In this document: positions 9,877 to 17,784 of the stretch, piece by piece
Numbering within the stretch: the stretch's first letter is position 1
Layout: every line of letters starts with the position of its first letter
NCBI GenBank assembly: GCA_038241465.1
Contig: JBBRFP010000001.1
Coordinates: 1 to 34,995 of the forward strand
Length of the DNA: 34,995 nt
Direction: 5' to 3'
Origin: Cytophagales bacterium
GTDB lineage: Bacteria > Bacteroidota > Bacteroidia > Cytophagales > Cyclobacteriaceae
Made by a program: the position numbers and the translations under genes
The notes under the pieces: model-generated
Databases searched by the model: none
Seen by the model: only the letters and a program-made list of their open reading frames with translations
Told to the model about the DNA's origin: nothing

Positions 9877-9917
9877 CCCTAGCCTATTTGGTGTACCAAT
9901 CTACGTTGAGATCCTAA

Positions 9918-9960
9918 ATTCGGCGTTCGATCTTAAGCTGTCGAACAAAAAACACCGAAT
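9918..9960. repeat. Nested inverted repeat (REP-like or bidirectional terminator) between convergent genes
   Basis: attcggcgtt pairs with aacaccgaat at 9/10 positions; gttcga / tcgaac is an alternative inner pair. Confidence 0.45.
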
Positions 9961-9989
9961 ATCAAGATGAAATAAGGCAGTCCGATTCA

Positions 9990-10751
9990 TCACACGTATA
10001 AGTCGTCCCGGCTCGTCTTCGCTACTTCAATAAAAAATTTGGAAACTTTTTCAACAACGGCTTTGACATACTCCTCTCCTTTTTCTGCCGTTGCCTTCCT
10101 TGGATCACCGACACCAGTGTCTTTTGTTACCTGCGTCCATTTGCGTTCGGCCCAGGCCCAACCGTCACGAATGGCGGAAAAACGAAATTTTTTCGCTGCA
10201 CCATCGCTCGTTTCTGATAGTGGACTTACCAAATGGGGCGCGAAATGCATCATGACACTTGTCTCCATTTCTCCCGCATGATCATCCTTGTGTTCAAAGA
10301 ATTCTTTTTGATCGACTGATTGAAACCAGTTGCATTGACAGAGGAACATTGATGGAAATTTCAATCCAAGTTCACGGATCATTGTTTTGAAATCATTCCC
10401 CCCATGACTATTGAGAATAATAAGCTTGTAAATTTTGTGACGATCCAGCACTTCAATTATATCGCGCAGTACCATTAGCTGCGTGCTGGGATTCATGTTC
10501 ATGTCAAGCTTGACATCGTATTGACCCGTATTCACACCAAATGGAATCACCGGCAGCACAATCACTTTAGCGTCTTGTTGCCACGCAATCTTAGCTGAAG
10601 CAGCGGCAATTTGTTCAGCCTCAATAATGTCAGTGCCATAAGGTAAATGATAATTGTGTGCTTCCGTTGCTCCCCAGGGAAGAATTGCAACTTCGTAGGA
10701 TTCATCTTTAACAGTTTTCCAGGAGATTTCAGAAAGTATGTACGGCCGCAT
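9990..10751 (-). CDS. Creatininase-family amidohydrolase
   Basis: Motifs LPWGATEAHNYHLPYGTD, LNSHGGN, HAGEMETS and GVGDPRKATAEKG. Confidence 0.92.
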   Translation of the reverse strand: MRPYILSEISWKTVKDESYEVAILPWGATEAHNYHLPYGTDIIEAEQIAAASAKIAWQQDAKVIVLPVIPFGVNTGQYDVKLDMNMNPSTQLMVLRDIIEVLDRHKIYKLIILNSHGGNDFKTMIRELGLKFPSMFLCQCNWFQSVDQKEFFEHKDDHAGEMETSVMMHFAPHLVSPLSETSDGAAKKFRFSAIRDGWAWAERKWTQVTKDTGVGDPRKATAEKGEEYVKAVVEKVSKFFIEVAKTSRDDLYV

Positions 10752-10798
10752 CTTGAGAATTTTATATAGAAATCTTTAAAGCGATTGTGCGAATAAAA

Positions 10799-11740
10799 CT
10801 AAGGATTCACTGGAATCGCTATCCTATAAACTTTTCCTTTTTTCACAGACAGCTTCTGTTCCCGCATCCATGGATTATGTCTTTTCAAGAGTTTATAATT
10901 AATTCCACTCCTTTGAGAGAATGCGATGAGGTCGCTGACCGATTCATTGACAGTGAGGTATCTCAACTTCTCACGCTTATATAAATGATCCGAAGAGATT
11001 TTGAAGCCATAACGCTGAGGATGCTCAACAATTTCCTTGATTGCTAAAATCCGAAATACATATCTCGAAGTCTCATCGTTTAAATAGAGATCATAGTAGG
11101 ATTTTACACGCTGGTCTTCAAGTGACCGTCCGATTCCGCTGATGCCCCGGTTATAGGAAGCTGCTGCCAATGTCCAGTTTTTTAATTTACTGTTTGCCTG
11201 TCTTAAATATCGGCACGCGGCTACTGTCGCCTTTATTGGATCGTAACGCTCATCAACATTATCTGTCACCTCAAGGCCCAGCTCTTTTCCTGATGTTTTT
11301 AATATCTGCCAAAAGCCTACTGCATTTTTCGGTGAAATATCATTAAGCAAAGCTGATTCGATGAGCGGTATGTATTTAAAATCCGCAGGTATTCCATTTC
11401 TCTCAAGAATAGAATCAATTTGAGGAAGCCAGCGATTTGCTCTCTTGATGAGAAACGAGGTATTGCTATGCAGATAGGTATTGATCTGCAGTTCCTTGTC
11501 AAATCGCTCTCGTACATCGGGATCATTCAATGGAACATCTTCACCAGCAAAGGAGAATTTCTTAGGAACATCGATGGATACTACCATGATCTGCTGCGCT
11601 TCTGCACCTATGTCTTCGAGAGCAACCCTATCATCCGAAATTCTAGTCTCTCCCACTACAGGTTTGATTCCAGAATAGGTTATAAAACCTAAGAGGATGA
11701 CCAGTGTTGCCATTGAAACGAAAAAAGATAAATCTTTCAC
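10799..11740 (-). CDS. Lytic murein transglycosylase (SLT domain, MltD-like)
   Basis: Motifs IP.DFKYIPLIES (catalytic Glu), AVGFWQ, DERYDP, AAASYNRG and ETSRYV. The likely start is GTG 11740, directly after the LOG stop, and gives an N-terminal anchor. Confidence 0.9.
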   Translation of the reverse strand: MKDLSFFVSMATLVILLGFITYSGIKPVVGETRISDDRVALEDIGAEAQQIMVVSIDVPKKFSFAGEDVPLNDPDVRERFDKELQINTYLHSNTSFLIKRANRWLPQIDSILERNGIPADFKYIPLIESALLNDISPKNAVGFWQILKTSGKELGLEVTDNVDERYDPIKATVAACRYLRQANSKLKNWTLAAASYNRGISGIGRSLEDQRVKSYYDLYLNDETSRYVFRILAIKEIVEHPQRYGFKISSDHLYKREKLRYLTVNESVSDLIAFSQRSGINYKLLKRHNPWMREQKLSVKKGKVYRIAIPVNP

Positions 11741-11741
11741 A

Positions 11742-12500
11742 TTAAAAATTCGGGGACAATAAATACTTGGCGTAGAAATCGTCAATTACTTTGACTGCCT
11801 CCTCAGGAGTATCTACAACGTTGAACAAATGCAGATCGTCTGCATGGATCATTTCCTCATCCAACAGGACCTCTTTTATCCACTTGATCATGCCACTCCA
11901 GAATTTCTTGCCTACCAGAACGATCGGGAATCGTCCGATCTTCTTCGTCTGAATGAGCGTCAAGGCTTCGGTCAACTCGTCAAGTGTTCCAAATCCACCC
12001 GGCATGACAATAAAACCCTGCGAATATTTTACGAACATAACCTTTCTCACGAAGAAATAATCAAACGTGATCAGCTTGTCAGGATCGATATAAGGATTGC
12101 CCTTTTGTTCGTGTGGCAAATAAATATTCAATCCTACTGACTTACCTCCAGCGCGGTGTGCACCTTTATTACCGGCTTCCATAATACCAGGCCCGCCCCC
12201 TGTTACAACTCCATATCCATGCTGTACTAGTTTGTAGGCAATATCCTCCGCTGTTTTATAATAAGGATGGCCTGCCTTTATTCTTGCTGATCCAAATATT
12301 GTTACGCATGGTCCGATCTTCGCAAGTTTTTCAAATCCCTCTACAAACTCACTCATTACTTTAAAGATCACCCACGAATCAGAGCTTTTGATCTCTGCCC
12401 AGTCTTTGTCTTTAAATGCCTTCCGAATGCGATGCTCTTCTTCCAATGCCAGTGATTTAATCATATCCTGATCATCAAGCTTCTTTTTTTTAGTTGCCAT
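11742..12500 (-). CDS. LOG-family (TIGR00730) nucleotide phosphoribohydrolase
   Basis: Motifs VTIFGSAR, TGGGPGIMEA.NKGA, YFFVRKVMF and PGGFGTLDE. Confidence 0.93.
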   Translation of the reverse strand: MATKKKKLDDQDMIKSLALEEEHRIRKAFKDKDWAEIKSSDSWVIFKVMSEFVEGFEKLAKIGPCVTIFGSARIKAGHPYYKTAEDIAYKLVQHGYGVVTGGGPGIMEAGNKGAHRAGGKSVGLNIYLPHEQKGNPYIDPDKLITFDYFFVRKVMFVKYSQGFIVMPGGFGTLDELTEALTLIQTKKIGRFPIVLVGKKFWSGMIKWIKEVLLDEEMIHADDLHLFNVVDTPEEAVKVIDDFYAKYLLSPNF

Positions 12501-12538
12501 TATGTTATCTTTCTAAATCAAGTTCGAAGATAAAGGAA

Positions 12539-13642
12539 ATGAATCAAACTACTTATAAAGGCCTCATCTACTTAGCATTCGTCGCAACTACACTTTTTTG
12601 TCCGACAAGTTGTAGTAAAAGGCAGGAACCTGTTACCGGCTGGGCTGTCGAACCATTCACAAAGGTCGATAGTGTTAATCCAGTGCTTAATCCGGGGGGG
12701 AATGAATTCAACTGTCCTATCCAAGGGATAAGACTGAAATGGGATAATAAAGATGTGTTTAACCCTGCAGCAGTGGTGAAAGATGATAAGATATATCTGC
12801 TCTTCCGGGCAGAAGACACGATTGGAAAATATTCCGGCACATCGAGGATTGGACTAGCGGTGAGTGATGATGGATTGCATTTTAGTAAGATGGCAGAACC
12901 TGTTTTATTTCCAGAAAATGATGAAATGAAGATCTATGAATGGGAAGGTGGAATAGAAGATCCTCGCGTAGTGGAAAGCAATGATGGAAAATATATCCTC
13001 ACGTACACCGCATATGATGGAAGGCTAGCGCGACTTTGTCTGGCAACTTCCACTGATCTTATCCACTGGAAAAAACACGGATTAGTATTTCCAAGAAAGG
13101 CTAAGGACACCTGGAGTAAGTCCGGGGCAATCGTTGCAAAAAGATCTGGAGAAAAAATCATTGCTGAAAAAATTAATGGAAAATACTGGATGTACTGGGG
13201 AGATACAGATCTATTCCTTGCTTCTTCTGAAGATCTCATTCATTGGACTGCTTTGGAAGATTCGGGTAAAATAAAATCAGTGCTAAAACCCCGTAAGGGA
13301 TACTTTGACAGTCGGTTGGTGGAAAGTGGACCATATGCATTGGTTACCGAAAAAGGAATCGTTCTCCTATACAATGGAATGAATCTCGATGGTGAAGGAA
13401 AGGATCCTGAAATTGATAAAGGTGCTTATTGCTCAGGACAGGCTTTGTTTGACCTCGATGATCCATCAAAATTAGTTGACCGGCTTGAAAAAAATTTCCT
13501 ACGACCAGATAAGCCATACGAAACAGAAGGTCAGGTGAATCAGGTTTGCTTTATCGAAGGGATGGTTCCATTCAAAGGAAGTTGGTTCTTATATTATGGT
13601 ACTGCTGATTCCAAGATCGGCGTTGCCACATCACCTCAATAG
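12539..13642 (+). CDS. GH130 family lipoprotein, probable beta-1,2-mannosidase-type hydrolase
   Basis: Motifs VFNPAA, LFRAED, SRIGLA.S.DG, GGIEDPR, YTAYDG, VESGP and LYYGTADS; lipobox-like PTSC; start at ATG 12539. Confidence 0.88.
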   Translation: MNQTTYKGLIYLAFVATTLFCPTSCSKRQEPVTGWAVEPFTKVDSVNPVLNPGGNEFNCPIQGIRLKWDNKDVFNPAAVVKDDKIYLLFRAEDTIGKYSGTSRIGLAVSDDGLHFSKMAEPVLFPENDEMKIYEWEGGIEDPRVVESNDGKYILTYTAYDGRLARLCLATSTDLIHWKKHGLVFPRKAKDTWSKSGAIVAKRSGEKIIAEKINGKYWMYWGDTDLFLASSEDLIHWTALEDSGKIKSVLKPRKGYFDSRLVESGPYALVTEKGIVLLYNGMNLDGEGKDPEIDKGAYCSGQALFDLDDPSKLVDRLEKNFLRPDKPYETEGQVNQVCFIEGMVPFKGSWFLYYGTADSKIGVATSPQ

Positions 13643-14539
13643 GTCATTCAAAGCAGCATCGAGGTCGGTGAACTTAAATTTAAAGCCGGCCCTTTCAATT
13701 TTCGTCGATGAAATATTGCTGCCATTTAAAACAATGCCCGCCATTTCCCCTACTATTATTCTAAGTACGAATGCAGGTACGGCCGGAGCCAATAATGGTT
13801 TATTCAGCGCTTTCGCAATTGCCTTTGTCATTTCGCGGTTGGTGACTGCATGAGGGGTCACAGCATTGAATGCTCCAATCATCTTATCTTCATGTACAGC
13901 TTTAATAAATATTTCGCATAGGTCATCGATATGAATCCAGCTTAATAATTGCCTGCCAGTGCCAAGAGGTGAGCCAACCAACAGTTTTACCGGTTTGGCC
14001 ATTTCAACTAAAGCACCTCCCTTTTCACTCAATACAATACCGATGCGGATCTTTGCTAACCGTATTCCAAGTGACGTTATCTCATTGATCGCCTTTTCCC
14101 ATTCCAGCACAACATTTGAAAGGAAGTCCGTACCTGCCGGACTTTCTTCTGTCATCACTTTATTATCATCGAGACCAAATCCATAGATGCCGATGGCAGA
14201 AGCAGAAACCACGGCTTTCACTGAATTCTTTTCGTTCTTCAATGTCTGATATAAAAGAGTTGAGGACTTTGTCCTGCTTTCAATGATCTCTTTTTTTCGT
14301 TCAGGCGACCAGCGCTTGTCCGCTACACCTGCACCGGCCAGATGGATGATCACATCCACTCCTTCCAGCGCCTGAGAATCCATTGTTCCCTTTTTCACGT
14401 CCCAGACAAACGACCTTATCGAACCTGATTTCTTTTCACGTCCAAGGTGTGAAACCTGGTATCCCTTTTGCAAAAGGAGTTCTGTCAGGCGGGTACCGAC
14501 CAATCCTGATGCGCCGGTTATTAGGACTGAAGTTGCCAA
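13631..14539 (-). CDS. TIGR01777-family NAD-dependent epimerase (YfcH-like)
   Basis: Motifs ITGASGLVG, IHLAGAGVADKRW, SASAIG.YG, RIGIVL and WIHIDDL; TTG start. Confidence 0.92.
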   Translation of the reverse strand: MATSVLITGASGLVGTRLTELLLQKGYQVSHLGREKKSGSIRSFVWDVKKGTMDSQALEGVDVIIHLAGAGVADKRWSPERKKEIIESRTKSSTLLYQTLKNEKNSVKAVVSASAIGIYGFGLDDNKVMTEESPAGTDFLSNVVLEWEKAINEITSLGIRLAKIRIGIVLSEKGGALVEMAKPVKLLVGSPLGTGRQLLSWIHIDDLCEIFIKAVHEDKMIGAFNAVTPHAVTNREMTKAIAKALNKPLLAPAVPAFVLRIIVGEMAGIVLNGSNISSTKIERAGFKFKFTDLDAALNDLLR

Positions 14540-14586
14540 AATAATTTTTTTTAAATGATCTTTGCTTCGAAGTTAACTAAGAGATA

Positions 14587-15276
14587 ATGAAAAAGTTTAT
14601 AATTTTTTTAGTGTTGAGTATGAGTCTTTCTGCCTACTCACAAAAAGTAGACGTCAGTAAGAAAAGCGAAAAGATCAAAGGTGAATCTGCCGAAGGTTAT
14701 GGAACCGAGTTGGAAGGAAAAAAGGAAGCTATCACGGCTGCGTGGAATCGATATTTGAAAGAATTGGGTAAAACAAAATCCGGGAGCGGATACCAATTTG
14801 TGGAAAATCCGGCGCTGGGAGGAACTGTCTATACTTCAGGGATCGTGTATGCAATGGTCAGCGGCAACGAAGAAAAATCAACAGTATGGACAGGTATTAA
14901 GGGCGCTGAGTGGACCGTCAACGATATTTCCATTGTGGAAAAGCAACTTGAAAAATTAGTCTATCAGTTTGGTGTTCGGTTTTATCGTGATAAAATTCAG
15001 GCACAAATAGACGAAGGGCAACAGGCAAGTGATGCGGTAGTTCGTCAACAGCAAAGGCTAGTCAACCAGAATAAAGATCTGACCATTAAGTTGGGCAACA
15101 ACGCTCAAGAGAAGATACAATTGGACAAATCACTCGATGCTAACAAGCTTGAAAATCTTGTACTGATTCAAAAGATTGAGAACAATAAAAAGTCACAAGA
15201 CTCGGTTAAGCTCGCAGGCGAACAGATTAAGAAAGTTATTGAAATGCACAAGGAAAGGCAGCGGAAGGTTAATTAG
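14587..15276 (+). CDS. Secreted hypothetical protein with a C-terminal coiled coil
   Basis: Signal peptide (…LSAYS-Q), an alpha/beta-like N-terminal half and a Q/K/L heptad-rich last ~95 aa. Confidence 0.75.
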   Translation: MKKFIIFLVLSMSLSAYSQKVDVSKKSEKIKGESAEGYGTELEGKKEAITAAWNRYLKELGKTKSGSGYQFVENPALGGTVYTSGIVYAMVSGNEEKSTVWTGIKGAEWTVNDISIVEKQLEKLVYQFGVRFYRDKIQAQIDEGQQASDAVVRQQQRLVNQNKDLTIKLGNNAQEKIQLDKSLDANKLENLVLIQKIENNKKSQDSVKLAGEQIKKVIEMHKERQRKVN

Positions 15277-15857
15277 TTGTCAATTCTCGTTGAGTCGATG
15301 GAGTCCACATACCTATCTCTCCACCGCTTCTTCTCTTTATTGAAATACCATCGATCATCCGGAAATTCAATGTACTTATCCCCTTTGTATTTTGAACGAA
15401 AGCCAGTAAGGTCCTTTTTCTCGGTCATCAAATCAAAAAGCTCGAAAGCCCTATTATTCAATGAATCTTCAGTCATCTTCCAGGTCCGAAACTCTTCATA
15501 ATAATCTATAAGTTTATTTTGCGCGTCAATTGCAAATCTACCACCGATGGCTTCGCGTGCGGGCCATATGCTGCGTGCTTTGCGCGTCATTAAAAAATAA
15601 TAACCGCCGGCATTGTCGGGCTTGCACGCTCGAATGTCATACTCTTTTTTAGCGCGTTCATAGTACCAATTATATGTTGTGTCAAATTTAGTTTCATGCG
15701 TCGCCTGCGGAGCTAGCTTGGCAGAATACCTCACACTTTGCTTGATTACTTCTTGTTGCTGTTCCTTTGTTAAAAAGCTGTCGGGATTATGAGAATCCTT
15801 TCCGCAGCTGCTTAAGAGCAAAGACAAAAAAACAATGATGATAGATGATGTACGCAT
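15273..15857 (-). CDS. Hypothetical lipoprotein
   Basis: MRTSSIIIVFLSLLLSS-C lipobox. A perfect -7 box TAACTTTG at 15867-15874 overlaps the track's TTG start, so ATG 15857 is preferred. Confidence 0.75.
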   Translation of the reverse strand: MRTSSIIIVFLSLLLSSCGKDSHNPDSFLTKEQQQEVIKQSVRYSAKLAPQATHETKFDTTYNWYYERAKKEYDIRACKPDNAGGYYFLMTRKARSIWPAREAIGGRFAIDAQNKLIDYYEEFRTWKMTEDSLNNRAFELFDLMTEKKDLTGFRSKYKGDKYIEFPDDRWYFNKEKKRWRDRYVDSIDSTRIDN

Positions 15858-15873
15858 AGGTATTAACAAAGTT

Positions 15874-15910
15874 AAAAAAAGAAAGCCCGGATTTTTAAGT
15901 CCGGGCTTTT
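15874..15910 (-). terminator. Intrinsic terminator after the beta-helix lipoprotein gene
   Basis: 10-bp stem aaagcccgga / tccgggcttt followed by a T7 tract on the minus strand. Confidence 0.88.
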
Positions 15911-15929
15911 AGAGAAAACCTGTTAACTA

Positions 15930-17612
15930 TTAATATTCTGTATTGTTTGGATCGTAATTAGTCCAAGTGCCTGATGCCCAGTTCATCGTTGCATCGAATG
16001 CACCACGATATGCTACAGCGCCAAACCCGGGTGTCGCAGGAAGATTGGGTACAGATACCGCTCCTGTCAACAATGGTGATGTCGCTGCCAGCAATGCGCT
16101 TGGCGCAGCAAGGCTCCACAAGTTATTTGTAGAGCCGGCAAACGTTGCTGTCAAATTAACTCCGTTAAGCGTTGGTTCAATAGAGTTATCAGCTGCGAAG
16201 TTCGAATCGTCGTATGTAGTTCCTCCAGCAAAATCATTCACCACTGTAGTTTTTGAGAAACCAGTTATGCGTCCTAAATAATTGCCTTTAAATACCGCGG
16301 TTGCACTTGCCTTTTCGAAATGGATACCATTGATATTGGCTCCTGCGAATACCGTATTATAAACTTTAAGACCTGAGCCTCTGCGGATATGAGCAGCACG
16401 TCCGTAGTTCGCACTAATTGAGCCATTAGACAAATTACCTCCTGAAAGAACGTACATGAATGGACCAAAGAAAGTCACGTTAGAGAAAGTTGCCTGTGTT
16501 TGTGGAGTCTTGTTATCTCCTGCTGCATCGTTATCTGATTCGAATCCATTAGAACCGGATTTATCTGCGATGTTTGGATCACGGTAAGAAACAAGGAACT
16601 GGTTGAAACCTGAATATCCGAAATCAGTGTCAAACTCATCATCCCAGCCCCTGTAAGCAATCAAATATGTAGAATTAACTTTTCCACCGAACCACTCGTA
16701 AGAGTCATCGCCGGAATAAGAAACCTGAATGTGGTCAAGTTTTGTACCGCTGCCTACGCTTCCAAGTGTTAAGCCGTTCAATTCGTTATCAGTAGACAAT
16801 GCGATACCCGCAAATTCAATACGTGCATATTGTAATTCACCGCTGCTTTCAGTGTCTAACGAGCCATCTCCACCGTAAAGTCCGTTATCTCCTGTTGGAG
16901 CCGAAATTCCTTCGATTGGCTGGCTAAGTGATTGATTATTTTGGGCTTTTCCAAGGATAACCACTCCACCCCAGTCGCCATAGTTACGGAAACCTTTAGG
17001 TGCCGAAGAAGTGAACACGATTGGCTTTGCGGCTGTTCCAACAGCGTGAATTTTTGCGCCGCGGCTGACGATCAATGCGCCTTTCGTGATCTTGTCACCA
17101 ATAATAATCGTTCCAGCCGGGATTGTAAGTTCTGCACCCGATGTAACATAGATATTTCCTTTTAAGAGATATTTTTCGGTGGCAATCCAAGTCGTATTGG
17201 CGGTGATTGCAGCGGAAATTTCGATTGGCGCCTTTAGCGAAACTGCTACCACAGCAGTTGCGGTAGTTGCTTTATTGTTATTATCAGTAACGACAAGAAT
17301 AACGGAACCAGCTCCAATATTTGCACCGGCTGTAAATGTAATTACCACAGTACCAGAAGCAGCACCTGCAACGGGTTGAGTTTTAACGACAGCGGTACCA
17401 CCAGTTGCCGTTGCGGTTGCCGATTTGTAGCCACCCGGTGTCACGACCTCAAATGACACGTCCGATGATGCAGTGATGCTTACATTTGACACACCTGCGG
17501 GCGCTGTTACCTTTGGAGAATCAGGGGTAGCGTTATCCTTCGTGCAGGAATTTAGCATGACAGCAAGCATCACGATCGCTGCAGCCGCAAGAAGCATTTT
17601 TGTTTTTTTCAT
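15930..17612 (-). CDS. Outer-membrane lipoprotein with an Ig-like N-terminal segment and a predicted parallel beta-helix; TonB-receptor partner, not SusD
   Basis: Lipobox LNS-C; T/A/V-rich segment at about aa 30-125; then GDWGGVVILGKA, SGELQYARIEFAG, NELNGLTLGSVG, SGDDSYEWFGG, DDEFDTDFGY and NGFESDND. Confidence 0.8.
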   Translation of the reverse strand: MKKTKMLLAAAAIVMLAVMLNSCTKDNATPDSPKVTAPAGVSNVSITASSDVSFEVVTPGGYKSATATATGGTAVVKTQPVAGAASGTVVITFTAGANIGAGSVILVVTDNNNKATTATAVVAVSLKAPIEISAAITANTTWIATEKYLLKGNIYVTSGAELTIPAGTIIIGDKITKGALIVSRGAKIHAVGTAAKPIVFTSSAPKGFRNYGDWGGVVILGKAQNNQSLSQPIEGISAPTGDNGLYGGDGSLDTESSGELQYARIEFAGIALSTDNELNGLTLGSVGSGTKLDHIQVSYSGDDSYEWFGGKVNSTYLIAYRGWDDEFDTDFGYSGFNQFLVSYRDPNIADKSGSNGFESDNDAAGDNKTPQTQATFSNVTFFGPFMYVLSGGNLSNGSISANYGRAAHIRRGSGLKVYNTVFAGANINGIHFEKASATAVFKGNYLGRITGFSKTTVVNDFAGGTTYDDSNFAADNSIEPTLNGVNLTATFAGSTNNLWSLAAPSALLAATSPLLTGAVSVPNLPATPGFGAVAYRGAFDATMNWASGTWTNYDPNNTEY

Positions 17613-17650
17613 ATTAGAATAATTAAGATTTAGTGCGATTCTTTCGGAGG

Positions 17651-17695
17651 CAAAATTAGGGCGACCACGTTACTTCACTGTTATGACAATATTAA
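17651..17695 (-). promoter_or_regulatory. Lipoprotein promoter: -7 box plus three 11-bp-phased direct repeats (Pho-box-like)
   Basis: Minus-strand TTAATA (17690-17695), ATAACA (17679-17684) and GTAACG (17668-17673), then TAATTTTG (17651-17658). Confidence 0.65.
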
Positions 17696-17735
17696 AGTGT
17701 GGTTTATAATGCGATGTCAAAAAGAGCCTTATCAC

Positions 17736-17763
17736 AAAAAAAGGCTTCTCCCGGAAGCCTTTT
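17736..17763 (-). terminator. Intrinsic terminator between the TonB receptor and lipoprotein genes
   Basis: Stem aaaaggcttc (17739-17748) / gaagcctttt (17754-17763) with a T tract on the minus strand. Confidence 0.8.
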
Positions 17764-17784
17764 CATTTTTTTGGTAACAATTCC

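Noticed and set aside
7020-12500. PNP, GGT, creatininase and LOG as a single novel nucleoside-catabolic cluster
   Set aside because: The genes have mixed orientations and separate promoters and are interrupted by a transglycosylase, so there is no evidence beyond proximity.
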